Shown: positions 29,993 through 40,218 of the stretch, piece by piece
Position numbering within the stretch: the first letter of the stretch is position 1
How the letters are laid out: every line of letters begins with the position of its first letter
Virus record (IMG/VR): IMGVR_UViG_3300037455_000857
Direction: 5' to 3' (one strand)
DNA length: 64,000 nucleotides
From: an uncultured virus (IMG/VR IMGVR_UViG_3300037455_000857)
Lineage: Duplodnaviria; Heunggongvirae; Uroviricota; Caudoviricetes
Made by a program: the position numbers and the translations under genes
Notes under the pieces: generated by a model
Told to the model about the DNA's origin: nothing
Database searches by the model: none
The model's input: only the letters and a program-made list of their open reading frames with translations

Positions 29993-30499
29993 ATGAAAAT
30001 TTTGTCATTCAAGGAACTGAACGAGAAACTTGACATACGCCCTATGTCGAAAGAACGGCTATCCGATGTCGGTGAAAACACTTATGTAATCGCAGGATGC
30101 ATTGTCGAATGGGAGGAAGACCAAGACTATGTGAGCCAGCATACAAACGGGTTGAGCGGTTCAAAACGCCTTCCTATCAGAATGAAGGCTGATACGCTTG
30201 AACAGTTGCTCATCGACTTTACCAAAAAGGTAGCACCGAAACACAAGTTGGATATAGTCAACGATTGGGAGGAAAGCGATTTGGCGAACTATACGCTTTG
30301 CTTGTTCCTCAAAGGACACTTGGATAAAAACACATTGATGTTCACAGAACCGACAAGCGAGGAATTCGATGCATTCCTAAACGGAGAGCGCACGCTTACT
30401 TGCGTTTACTATTGTGTTGACATATTCAAAGGCGGAAAGCGCGAGGATTTGAGTGACGAGATGTCTGCCATCTATCAGAAACATAACTCAAGAAAATAA
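29993..30499 (+). CDS. Tagged protein
   Basis: MKILSFKELNE-KLDIRPMSKERL. Confidence 0.8.
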   Translation: MKILSFKELNEKLDIRPMSKERLSDVGENTYVIAGCIVEWEEDQDYVSQHTNGLSGSKRLPIRMKADTLEQLLIDFTKKVAPKHKLDIVNDWEESDLANYTLCLFLKGHLDKNTLMFTEPTSEEFDAFLNGERTLTCVYYCVDIFKGGKREDLSDEMSAIYQKHNSRK

Positions 30500-30507
30500 C
30501 ATTGTAT

Positions 30508-31149
30508 ATGAAAATACTCAACGCAAATGAATTTATCGGCGAGAAACTGAACATACAGCCGATATCAAAAGAGCGTTTGGACTCTCACAAAATCACAAAT
30601 TGGCAAAAAGTCATAGATTGGATATATGAGCATAGCGAAGACCTTTCCGAAGGAGAAGAAGAAGCATTCGACAAAGCCAGTGGCGAATATGATGAAAATG
30701 ACTTGATTGCGAAAATGTTTGCCTACGGACTGCACGTGCTTGAAAACACAAAATACAGCATAAGTCTTATGTTCATAAAACTTGAAGATATTGAATTCGA
30801 AGACGGTTCGTTGATAGACAACTACTTGAAAAAAATCAAAACCGATGGCAGATTGGAACAAATTGGCTTATCGACCTATCGTTCTGAAAGCGGTCGTTTT
30901 TTGACAATGAACAATACGTATCTGAACAATATGGTGTCTTATTTCAAAAGAAACAAAAGAGTTCATTTATACGATTTTGATTTTGAAGTTGTGTTTGCGG
31001 ATGACGAAGGCGGCTCTGTGTATGTTTCAGCCGCATATAACCCGTTTGTGTCAAAGGATTTTGAAAAGTTTGCTTATAATTTCTACAAAAAAGTGTTGGC
31101 TACCGCCAACGACTATATGGTACAAGTGTTCAACGACTTTGCAAAATAA
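30508..31149 (+). CDS. Tagged protein, domain family D
   Basis: MKILNANEFIGE-KLNIQPISKERL; C-terminus (YNP..FEKFA..ANDY) shared with 32050-32709 and the C-half of 32713-33906. Confidence 0.8.
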   Translation: MKILNANEFIGEKLNIQPISKERLDSHKITNWQKVIDWIYEHSEDLSEGEEEAFDKASGEYDENDLIAKMFAYGLHVLENTKYSISLMFIKLEDIEFEDGSLIDNYLKKIKTDGRLEQIGLSTYRSESGRFLTMNNTYLNNMVSYFKRNKRVHLYDFDFEVVFADDEGGSVYVSAAYNPFVSKDFEKFAYNFYKKVLATANDYMVQVFNDFAK

Positions 31150-31170
31150 CAGAAAACCGTACAACAAAAT

Positions 31171-32022
31171 CTAATAAAATTTAGATTCCCCATCTTTTCC
31201 AAGACTTGCACGATACGACAACAGTACGTCCTTCACCTTGTCTTTCGACATCTTCTTCGGTTCGTAAGCACCGTTGTCAAGTTGTTTTAAGAGCCTTTTA
31301 CACAACACGGTTGTGCCGACTCTGTTCCTTATGTTGACCGCTGCGTTGTGGTCTGCGTTGTCCTCGTGACCGCATTCCACACAGCGGAAATCTTCCTGCG
31401 TTGTTCTGTTCCCGTCATCTATGCACCCGCATATCGGACACATCTTGCTTGTGTAATTCGAGTGTACCGTGGAAACAGCAATGTCGTAGTTCCTGCCGAT
31501 ATGCTCAATCTCCTGCTTCAAAGAACTTATTCCGAGGAACTTCACAATGTCGTTGAAGTTTATCCCGTCAAGCGTTTCATCCTTCACATAGGACTTGCCG
31601 AATCCGTTGTCAAGGTTCTCCATAACGATATGCCTCACACCGCCTAACATCAGTTCCCTGCACATACCCGAAACAAGTTGCTGGTTTGCCTTGAGAATCT
31701 TGTTCCTCAACGTGTCAAGTTTCCTCTGTGTGCGTTTGCCGACCTCGTAGTTTCCGTCCTTTGACTTCAAGGAGTCTATATGGCGTTTCAACCTGCAATA
31801 ATCGGAAACAAGTTGTCTGTCGTAGTCATAGGTTGTACCATCGGTTAAACTGAACAGATTGTGCTTCACGTTCACGTCTATGCCGACACACTTGTCGTTC
31901 TCGGTGACAGTCGGTATGTATCGGATTCCGCTTTTTACGATGTTCACCTTGACCTGCTTTCTTCTCTCGTCAAAGCATAGCACATATTCGTAGTCGTTTG
32001 ACTTGTTCACATAGTCCTTCAT
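31171..32022 (-). mobile_element. tnpB: IS200/IS605-family TnpB, N-terminally truncated
   Basis: RuvC motifs VGIDVN, IVMENL and NADHNAAVNI; Zn finger CPICG..CVECG; only 283 aa; no tnpA nearby. Confidence 0.85.
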
Positions 32023-32024
32023 AG

Positions 32025-32046
32025 AACCCCTCGAATCCGAGGGGTT
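32025..32046. terminator. Hairpin (terminator or IS end)
   Basis: aacccctcg-aatc-cgaggggtt. Confidence 0.55.
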
Positions 32047-32049
32047 TTC

Positions 32050-32709
32050 TTATTTTAGTATATTGCTCACCGATTCGATGGCAAAGTCGTTCACAGCCCG
32101 CAAAATGCCGTCCAAAAACATACGTGCGAATGTTTCAAAATTCGCGTTTCTTCTTGGGTCGTATTTTGCATAAAACCATACATCGAATGGTGTCTCTTGC
32201 ATTTCACTTTTATAATCAAAGCCTTTTATGTACTTGTCTTTGTTGTCGTCAACATACAGTTTCATATTTGAGAAGAAAACCTCGGTTATTTTAAGGCTTG
32301 TTCCGTCAATTTCGATGCCTATCTTTTTGAATTCGGCAATTTTCTTTTTGCTCAACGGTATTGGATTCATAACAGCGTCCGTAAACGGTTCACTGATGTC
32401 TTTTCCTATCATAAGCGGTTTGAAATAATCATCCAATCCTATTACAATATATGTGTTGAAATCATCTTTGCCGCAAAACCCAGTAAATTGGCTGAAACCG
32501 TTTTTTACTATGTCGCATAATATGTTCTCGTAATCGTCAAAAACATCACCCATAATATTTGTCAAAGCACTTTCGTATTCGTTCCTTTTTCCGATGAGTT
32601 CATTTTTCACGTCTTTCCAAGTCTGTAGTTTTCTCAACCGTTCCTTTGACACGGGGGATATGTTCAGTTTCTCACTGACGAATTTGCTGTAGTCCAATAT
32701 CTTTTCCAT
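32050..32709 (-). CDS. Tagged protein, domain family D
   Basis: MEKILDYSKFVSE-KLNISPVSKERL. Confidence 0.8.
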   Translation of the reverse strand: MEKILDYSKFVSEKLNISPVSKERLRKLQTWKDVKNELIGKRNEYESALTNIMGDVFDDYENILCDIVKNGFSQFTGFCGKDDFNTYIVIGLDDYFKPLMIGKDISEPFTDAVMNPIPLSKKKIAEFKKIGIEIDGTSLKITEVFFSNMKLYVDDNKDKYIKGFDYKSEMQETPFDVWFYAKYDPRRNANFETFARMFLDGILRAVNDFAIESVSNILK

Positions 32710-32712
32710 TTG

Positions 32713-33906
32713 CTATGCGAATATTTTGTTGAATGTTCCAGTAACGTAGTTGTTCACGGCAAGTATCACGTTTTCAGTGAATGCGTTTAAGTGTTTGTCG
32801 AATGTTCTGTCTTTTGGATTGAACTTCGCCGCTATATAGGCGTTCATACCGTTGTCGTCAACGCATTCCACGATATATTCGCCATTGTCCATATAATCGG
32901 AAAGTTTGGTTTTCAGATATTCGACCATTTTTTCGATATATAGGTCGCTGAACTTCAAGTAGTAAGTGTATATTCTCTCCGTTTCAAAATTAGCCAAATG
33001 TCTTTCGCCCGTCTGTTTTCTGTAATAATCGATGCCCGTGTCCGCCATCCGTTTCCTCTGTTCTGCTGTGGGTGATATTGGATTCAGCGTTCTGTCCAAG
33101 AACGGCTTTTTAATGTCCTGCCCAACGATACATTCGCGTTCCTGCAATGAGACTGTGAAATACATATTGTATTTGCTGCCGCAATTTATGCCGTTGCCGA
33201 ATGAAAGTGTGCTGAACATAGCATTGTCAAGCGAGTATACTCTGCTATTGAACACTTGGAGCATATCGTTGTTTATCTTCGCCTCCAATTCCACTTGGTT
33301 TTTCTGCATATATTTCATAAGGTCTATGTCAGCCTGCATTTTCTTGATGCGTTCTTTGGAGAGCGGGGTTATGTTCAGTTTCTCTGTGATGGATTCCGAT
33401 ATGTTGAGCATTTTCTTGACTTTTGCTTCATTGAACCACACGTTTTTACACTTCAGTTGCTCTGTATAAACTTTATCTCCGCTGCATATATTTTTGAGAT
33501 ATGACATAAACAAATTGTCCATAGGATTCGGTGCGCTTTTGCTTCTTGATATGCAGATAAGTGTGAATTTGCTGTTTTCAAGTTGGCTGTCCAAATCGGA
33601 TGTGTATATGTATTCAAACTCGTCCCAATCGTGGTGACTCCTAATATAGCGAATCATCACGCCGCCTTTGTTCTTTTTCAACCCGTAGAAAATCTTTTTG
33701 TAATTTGCGGCAAATTCTTCCAAATGTTTATTTCCTACATACACAAACGTCTTCCAAAATTTAGTGTCTTTCTCGGCAAATATGCAGACATCGCAATCAT
33801 TCAAAAGATATTTCGGCGTGTGTACGCCGTTTAGCCTTTCTTTGGTGATAGGCTGTATGTTGAGTTTTTCGTTTATGAACGCATCAAAATCCAAGATTTT
33901 CCCCAT
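32713..33906 (-). CDS. Two-domain tagged polyprotein
   Basis: N-terminal INE-KLNIQPITKERL and internal ITE-KLNITPLSKERI. Confidence 0.8.
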   Translation of the reverse strand: MGKILDFDAFINEKLNIQPITKERLNGVHTPKYLLNDCDVCIFAEKDTKFWKTFVYVGNKHLEEFAANYKKIFYGLKKNKGGVMIRYIRSHHDWDEFEYIYTSDLDSQLENSKFTLICISRSKSAPNPMDNLFMSYLKNICSGDKVYTEQLKCKNVWFNEAKVKKMLNISESITEKLNITPLSKERIKKMQADIDLMKYMQKNQVELEAKINNDMLQVFNSRVYSLDNAMFSTLSFGNGINCGSKYNMYFTVSLQERECIVGQDIKKPFLDRTLNPISPTAEQRKRMADTGIDYYRKQTGERHLANFETERIYTYYLKFSDLYIEKMVEYLKTKLSDYMDNGEYIVECVDDNGMNAYIAAKFNPKDRTFDKHLNAFTENVILAVNNYVTGTFNKIFA

Positions 33907-33929
33907 ACAATATATTGTTTATATATTTA

Positions 33930-35837
33930 TCAGTAATGGAGCGGTTTCGATTTCAATTGGGCATACGGATTGCTTATTGTGCTTTGTGTCGGGGTGGTGG
34001 AGAATGTGTCTTTCGGCTGCATTTCCTCCTCGTAGTCATCGCCGTATATGAATTTGTAGAGTTCCTCTTCTATTTCGGGGTTTTCCTCAAGCACGATGTC
34101 GGCAATCCAACGGAAATCTCTGTTCTCAAAAAATGCGTTAGCGTCAACGCAGGACATAGCACGGTCATCGTGGTCTGTTATAGCCGCGTAAGTAGAACCC
34201 TGCCTGCCGAAGAGGTTGAACTCGTCTATTGTCGCGGGTTCGTGCAGAATCATACGACCCGAATTGATGTGCTTCCTCGTGTTTTGGCAGTAGATGAGTT
34301 TGTTGTCCTTGTTGAGGCGAAGTCCAGGCTCGGCGTGCTTGCTGTCTGCGGTTCTCTTGAATTTCAGAACGATTGACGGGTCGAAGTCGTTTTTCTCGCC
34401 GAATGCGTTACCCATAGCGTTGTAAACCTCGCCGCCGAATGCGTTCCATTCAAGCAGTATCTTCACGTTTTCGGGGTTGAACACTATGTGCGACAGAATG
34501 TAGAGCATCTTCGCGAATTTCTGCAAGTGCATCTTGTTGCAGGCGAATATGCCGACCTGCTCCAATCCTATGAAGTCGTACACAGAGTCGGGGGACGTGA
34601 TTTTCTCCCAATTCTCCCTATCCATTATCTTCATACGGAATATGTTTATGATGGAGTTGTCGCCGCCGTTGCCCTCCGCTATGTCTATGCTGAACAAGAA
34701 CTGCTCGTTTGTTCTGTGCGCCGCTTCGGGGTCGAAGTCCTTTTTCCAAAGTATGTCGCGGGCTTCCTCTATGTCGTAGTCATCAAACACCCAAAGGTCA
34801 TCGGACTTCACGAATTCCTCGCGGGACTGTTCAAGTATCTTCAGCGCATTGGGGCCCAACAAGAGATTACCCGTACTCAAGAACGAGTTGCCGTACTGCG
34901 CACCGAACCTTTCCCTGCCCAATTCCTCGTCAGAGCCGCCCAAGTCGCGTATCATCTTGTCCATCCACTTTTGGTCTCTTTTGACCCAACACTTTTTCTC
35001 TTTGTCCCAATCGGGTACTTGCCACCAATCAATTCTGAAAGGCTTGAATGAGTTGATTCCCTTTGTAGCCGCATCGTATATTTGGTAGAATCGGTTCATA
35101 CCGTTTGGTGTAGAGGTGACGATAATCTTGCTGTCGGGCAAAGATGAAACGGTAGGGTAGATGTTGTCGAAGAATTCGTCAATGACATTCTTTTCAACGT
35201 GTGCGAACTCGTCAAGGTAGAGGCAGTGGATTGTGAATCCGATACCGCTTCGCGGTGTGGTTGATTCGCCTATCAGACGGCAACCGTTGTCGAACACGCA
35301 TTCAAGGCTACCCCATTTGTTGACGCCAGGTTTCATAAAGAACGGCACGTTCATAATGACATCCTGCACTTTTTTCAGAACGTCCCTCGCCGTCTTTTCC
35401 TTGTTCGCGCAGCAGAACACCGTTTTGTCGTAGTTGAAGAGTATGTACCAAGCGAGGTATATGGATGACGAAACCGTCTTTCCGCTCTGCCTGCTCGACA
35501 GTATCACGGTGAATCTGTTGTCCGTTATGGTGTGAAGCAAATCCTCTTGGTAGTCGCGGAGCGTTATGGGTTCGAGTGCGCCCGTTGTCGGCGACATTGT
35601 GTATGCGTAGTTGTTGGCGAAATAGTTTACATCATTCTTGCATTTTACAAGTTCGTCTATTTCCTGCTGTGTGTACTCGTATAATAGATTCGGCTTCCTC
35701 AAATACGTGTTGCCGAAATAGTATGGATTGTCCTTTCTTTCTATGCCGTTGTTGAGGTCGTCTGTGAATTGCTGTATCGCTTTTGTACTCCACACAGAAG
35801 TCTGTTGTGCTTGCTGTGCGCTTTGTCTTGCTGCCAT
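33930..35837 (-). CDS. terL: Terminase large subunit (T4 gp17-like)
   Basis: LRDYQ, SRQSGKT, LYLDEFAHV, VTSTPNG; nuclease motifs SIDIAEG and HDDRAMS. Confidence 0.93.
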   Translation of the reverse strand: MAARQSAQQAQQTSVWSTKAIQQFTDDLNNGIERKDNPYYFGNTYLRKPNLLYEYTQQEIDELVKCKNDVNYFANNYAYTMSPTTGALEPITLRDYQEDLLHTITDNRFTVILSSRQSGKTVSSSIYLAWYILFNYDKTVFCCANKEKTARDVLKKVQDVIMNVPFFMKPGVNKWGSLECVFDNGCRLIGESTTPRSGIGFTIHCLYLDEFAHVEKNVIDEFFDNIYPTVSSLPDSKIIVTSTPNGMNRFYQIYDAATKGINSFKPFRIDWWQVPDWDKEKKCWVKRDQKWMDKMIRDLGGSDEELGRERFGAQYGNSFLSTGNLLLGPNALKILEQSREEFVKSDDLWVFDDYDIEEARDILWKKDFDPEAAHRTNEQFLFSIDIAEGNGGDNSIINIFRMKIMDRENWEKITSPDSVYDFIGLEQVGIFACNKMHLQKFAKMLYILSHIVFNPENVKILLEWNAFGGEVYNAMGNAFGEKNDFDPSIVLKFKRTADSKHAEPGLRLNKDNKLIYCQNTRKHINSGRMILHEPATIDEFNLFGRQGSTYAAITDHDDRAMSCVDANAFFENRDFRWIADIVLEENPEIEEELYKFIYGDDYEEEMQPKDTFSTTPTQSTISNPYAQLKSKPLHY

Positions 35838-35979
35838 ATATTCACAATATATTCTATCTTTCTTGTAATGTTATCCCGCATTGCTTTCATCATATTGTTT
35901 TGTTTTGTGTTTTTGCGATTTTTTTATTATATTATACAAGAAAGTGCTTAATATTTATAAGGACAAAAAAATCAATTTT

Positions 35980-36828
35980 ATGGAATATCAAATAGGTCAA
36001 GAAATTACGATTAATGCACGGCACAATATCAAGGTCGCCGTGTGCGAACACAGAAACTGTGACGGCTGTTTTTTCATCTACAAATGCAAAACGGACAACC
36101 GTGAGGATGTCAAGAACACATACGGTGAATGCTCGTGTTTGGAGCGCAAGGACGGCAAGAATATCATATTCCTGCCCGTTTCGGACAACGGTATGAAGTT
36201 CGACACGGGCAAGAGCGTGGTGAACGTTCCGCTGTTCTGCCAAGAAACGGATGTCTATAACGCCAACGAGAAAATTTGGTTCACGTCAGACCTGCACTTT
36301 TTCCACGACAGAGAGTTCATTTGGAAGGCTCGCGGGTTCAATAGCGTTGATGAAATGAACGCCGAAATCGAGAAAAGGTGGAACGAAATAGTAGGGAAGG
36401 ACGACCACGTTTATGTTCTCGGAGACCTTATGCTCGGCGGTGTCAGCAACAAGGGTGTTGAAATCCTCGGTCGGCTGAACGGCAATCTCCACATTGTAAT
36501 CGGCAATCACGACACCGATAACAGACTGCTGCTGTATAAGAACCTCTCCAATGTCCGCAGCGTGACATACGCAGCCAAAGTTAAATACGGCGGCTATAAA
36601 TTCTTCCTCACGCATTTCCCCTGCATCACGGGTAACATTGAGAAAGAAACTTTGAAGCAGACTACCATCAACCTCTCTGGTCACACCCACGAAAGAAGCA
36701 AGTTTTTCTATGACTTGCCATTTGTCTATAATGTTTCCGTTGATGCCCACGACTGCAAGCCCGTTGGCATTGAAGAGATAATCAGCGATATGAATAACAA
36801 GGTCGAGGAATGCAAAAGCGTTTTGTGA
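35980..36828 (+). CDS. Calcineurin-like metallophosphoesterase with N-terminal Cys-containing extension
   Basis: FTSDLHFFH, VLGDL, GNHD, THFP and GHTH motifs; TTTTTATTATATTA upstream. Confidence 0.88.
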   Translation: MEYQIGQEITINARHNIKVAVCEHRNCDGCFFIYKCKTDNREDVKNTYGECSCLERKDGKNIIFLPVSDNGMKFDTGKSVVNVPLFCQETDVYNANEKIWFTSDLHFFHDREFIWKARGFNSVDEMNAEIEKRWNEIVGKDDHVYVLGDLMLGGVSNKGVEILGRLNGNLHIVIGNHDTDNRLLLYKNLSNVRSVTYAAKVKYGGYKFFLTHFPCITGNIEKETLKQTTINLSGHTHERSKFFYDLPFVYNVSVDAHDCKPVGIEEIISDMNNKVEECKSVL

Positions 36829-36829
36829 T

Positions 36830-37387
36830 ATGAGTAAAGTGGAAGACCATAAGGAGAGCGGGGACTTGGCAAGCCTCAAACTGTTTTCTGCGCTGCTTAT
36901 TATGAACGGATATTGCGGTGTCGTTTATGGTGACGGCAACTGCGGCTATGACATAATGGCGTTGAAAATCGAGAGGGGTTCTGACGGCGGATTCGAGCAG
37001 AAGGAATATCTGTTCAATTTGAAACAGCGTGACATTCCGAGCGGCAGGTACGGAGACCTTGTTATGGACAAAAAAGACTTTGATGCCTTGCATTGGGCGC
37101 AGGAACGCAGGGCGGGTTCAAAAGTCCTATATGTCCAATTCTTCACAGACGGCATCATCTGTATTTCCAATGACAAAGATTGGGAGGAGATAACGAGGGA
37201 TTGCCCAACGACCACTCGGTTCGGCAATAACGAATATGTAAAGAAAACGCTGAAGCAGAAAAGCCAAAGCGCGGAAGGAGTCAAGCGAATTGACTTGAAC
37301 AAGATTTCGTTGGATAAACTGAAAAACATATACGGTGACGCGGAAACAGAACCCGTCACCAAACCGAGCAGTAAGAAACTTTTTTAA
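36830..37387 (+). CDS. Hypothetical protein, possibly PD-(D/E)XK nuclease fold
   Basis: YDIMA ... FNLKQR (Asn where Glu is expected). Confidence 0.5.
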   Translation: MSKVEDHKESGDLASLKLFSALLIMNGYCGVVYGDGNCGYDIMALKIERGSDGGFEQKEYLFNLKQRDIPSGRYGDLVMDKKDFDALHWAQERRAGSKVLYVQFFTDGIICISNDKDWEEITRDCPTTTRFGNNEYVKKTLKQKSQSAEGVKRIDLNKISLDKLKNIYGDAETEPVTKPSSKKLF

Positions 37388-37398
37388 TACCAATTATT

Positions 37399-37767
37399 AT
37401 GTATGTATTTGCTTTTATTATTTTGGCTTTGATTTTGTTTACGGTGATTGTTGTATTGCCCGCAAGCGCGTTGATTAAACGCGAGAAAATCAATCGGGAA
37501 TTCCGTAACATAGAGGTCGGTGACATCTATGTTATGATTGACGATGTTGACAATCCATACGAAGACCACAAGAGATTTGTTATCATTGCAGACAAGTCTG
37601 TCGGAACTAACGGAAACAGCAAATGGGTCAAGTATGAATACAAGAACGGTGGAGGAAATAATGTTATGAATTGGAACAGTTTTAAGTTAATCTACGTTAA
37701 GTACGGCAACCAAAACGCAAACGACACGCAATCCGAGGATAAGCAGGGCGGTTGGAGCGATTGTTGA
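37399..37767 (+). CDS. Membrane-anchored hypothetical protein
   Basis: N-terminal hydrophobic helix. Confidence 0.7.
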   Translation: MYVFAFIILALILFTVIVVLPASALIKREKINREFRNIEVGDIYVMIDDVDNPYEDHKRFVIIADKSVGTNGNSKWVKYEYKNGGGNNVMNWNSFKLIYVKYGNQNANDTQSEDKQGGWSDC

Positions 37768-37852
37768 TAACTTTGTTGATAACTTTTTCAGAAAAAAAGA
37801 TGAGTGTATAAAAAATTTTGTATTTTTGCTGCGTAATTAAAAAGCGAATAAT

Positions 37853-38722
37853 ATGAAAATCACAATCGGAAAAAACGACTACGACATCCCGTCAGTTCCA
37901 TCGGTGGCGGACTACCGCTACGCAAAGGACTTGTGCTGCGGATGCTCTTCCAACGAAAGTTATTTCGACCTGCTGTCGCATCTTACGTTCAACGGTATCT
38001 ACGAGAGCGGCAACGGTCAGTTCATCTGCTTCACTTGCAATAAATGCGGGGAGAAGATTTATTTCCACATTAGGGATTTCGAGGCTTATGCCAATCTCGG
38101 TGTGTTTGACAAATACGTTGCCAAATGTTCGGACGGTTTGTTCGACAAACCCAATGACGGCGTTGACAGCGCGTTTCCGCCGCTTAACGACAAGCGAATC
38201 AGCGAAGTTCTGTCAAAGTGCAGTGTTTTCGGCGATTCACTTTGGTCTGAACATATTATGTCGAAAGACAAGGAACGCGGCAACAAGGCGTATTGCACGA
38301 AGAAGATTATGGATATATTCAGCCATCACTTCAGCGGCAACACCAACCTTTATGGTGCTATGCGGATGCAATACAAGAAAAAGAAAAACAACACCGATTT
38401 GTTGTTAAAGTACAAGAACATTGTCACCACGGAGTTCAAGAACATCTGCGAGTTCATCGAGAAAGCCGAGCGCGGCGAATATCCGCAGGAAGTCACTCTG
38501 TGGGACAGTAACGGGTATGTAACGTACACCGCTGTCATCGTCTGCGGGGAAGCCAAGTTGAAGCGGTTGGTGAAACGCTCCGATGTTAATGACGAAATCA
38601 AGCGCGTTTCCGATATTGCCAAGAGAGGCGGCGCGTTCTACTATGCGGAAATGGTTAAGGAACTGAAGGGTCTCGGCGATGAGAACCCGACAATCACCAA
38701 CCACTATTTAGTCACTGAATAA
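37853..38722 (+). CDS. Hypothetical protein with Zn-ribbon-like CxxC pairs
   Basis: CCGC ... CNKCG; behind a TAnnTTTG promoter. Confidence 0.75.
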   Translation: MKITIGKNDYDIPSVPSVADYRYAKDLCCGCSSNESYFDLLSHLTFNGIYESGNGQFICFTCNKCGEKIYFHIRDFEAYANLGVFDKYVAKCSDGLFDKPNDGVDSAFPPLNDKRISEVLSKCSVFGDSLWSEHIMSKDKERGNKAYCTKKIMDIFSHHFSGNTNLYGAMRMQYKKKKNNTDLLLKYKNIVTTEFKNICEFIEKAERGEYPQEVTLWDSNGYVTYTAVIVCGEAKLKRLVKRSDVNDEIKRVSDIAKRGGAFYYAEMVKELKGLGDENPTITNHYLVTE

Positions 38723-38734
38723 AAACACACGATT

Positions 38735-40216
38735 ATGGAAAAGGTTAATCTTTACGAGTTGTTAAAGGATGCTCCGAAAGGCTGTATGCTTTATACGTCT
38801 TGCTTCGGGGGAGTCACATACAAGGGTACTGACGGATGCGGACATTTGGTACTTATGTCAAATTCGGGAGAGAGGTACTTCAAGGTTGACGAATACGGGA
38901 AACTGTTTGCTATACGCAGTCAGTTCAGCGAGGATTCATACACGCTTATGCCGCAGAAAGGCGAGTGTATTCTTTTCCCGTCATCATCCAACAAGGATTG
39001 GAACAGCCTTTGGCAAAGTGTTGTTATGTCGCAGTGCTTGGGCTGTGTCATTATCGACAAAAACGGGTTCTCGTATCTTGTTGGCAACGAATGTTTGTAC
39101 CCGACAGACCCGAATGTCGGCGATGAGGTTATCCGTATGCACAAGTTCGATTTCGAAGGTTCGAGATTTGCCACGGAAAAGGAAACGGAGAATTTCCATC
39201 GTGAACTATCGCGCAGCGGATGGTTTTGGGATAAGGAGAAAAACGAGATGTCGCAACAGCAGGAATCCCGTGGAAAATGGGTTGTGAGCAACATCAATAT
39301 CCATTGCACCACACGCGACAACAAGCCGTCTTTGATTGAGAAAGGCGAGGTGCTGTATGCCAAGCCGACAAGCGGTATGTTTTTCGGAAAAAATTTCTTC
39401 CAAAAATACAACCTTGTTGACATCCACGGTGACGAATATTGCTTGGACAGCAACAAGTTCCACGATTGGAGCATTGATGACGCGAGGGACGGCGATGTGC
39501 TTTGTAACAGCCAATTCATTGTCATATTGAAATCTTGGGATGCCAAGAACAACGAAGCCGAATGCCACGCGGTTCTGCTCCGTAAGAACGACAACCGTGT
39601 GATTGATTGTGAATACGAAAAGTCATACAAGGTCAGACATCAAAAACTCACATTCGCAGACCACAACACGTGCAGGTTTCTTTTTGACACTATGGAGAAA
39701 AACGGTCTGCAATGGGACAGCGAGAACAAGATAATCTACCGTTCCTATATCGGTCTGCCGAAGTTCAAGTCTGGCGACCGCATCCGTTACAACGGCAGCA
39801 CCTACATCATCACCGAACTCACCAAAAGCGGGTATTCCGTCTATTCAACTGACGGCGGCGATTGCTCGGAAATCGGCTACTGCAACGACCAAGACCGTAT
39901 CACGCTTTGCCAATACACGGCTGACGTGTTGAATCCGTTTGACAAAATAATCGTGCGTGATTCGGAAAATGACGTTTGGCGTGCCGAATTGTACTCACAC
40001 ACCGTTTACATTACCCCGCAGAATCAGAAGGAAGTCGGTGAACGGCTTGACTGCGCTTGGTGCTACAATATCAAACAAACAAATAACTCCTCGCAGAATC
40101 CGCTGGTTGTCGGGTTAGGCGGCAAAGTATGGAGAATTTGCGTACCTTACAACGAACAGACCAAACATCTTATCGGCACAACGGGAAATTGTGCGGAGCA
40201 ATATAAAATCAAATAA
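38735..40216 (+). CDS. Multi-module hypothetical phage protein
   Basis: 493 aa; modules such as WSIDDARDGDVL, PFDKIIVRD and CVPYNEQTKHLIGT, which I recall from Bacteroidota phages. Confidence 0.75.
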   Translation: MEKVNLYELLKDAPKGCMLYTSCFGGVTYKGTDGCGHLVLMSNSGERYFKVDEYGKLFAIRSQFSEDSYTLMPQKGECILFPSSSNKDWNSLWQSVVMSQCLGCVIIDKNGFSYLVGNECLYPTDPNVGDEVIRMHKFDFEGSRFATEKETENFHRELSRSGWFWDKEKNEMSQQQESRGKWVVSNINIHCTTRDNKPSLIEKGEVLYAKPTSGMFFGKNFFQKYNLVDIHGDEYCLDSNKFHDWSIDDARDGDVLCNSQFIVILKSWDAKNNEAECHAVLLRKNDNRVIDCEYEKSYKVRHQKLTFADHNTCRFLFDTMEKNGLQWDSENKIIYRSYIGLPKFKSGDRIRYNGSTYIITELTKSGYSVYSTDGGDCSEIGYCNDQDRITLCQYTADVLNPFDKIIVRDSENDVWRAELYSHTVYITPQNQKEVGERLDCAWCYNIKQTNNSSQNPLVVGLGGKVWRICVPYNEQTKHLIGTTGNCAEQYKIK

Positions 40217-40218
40217 TT

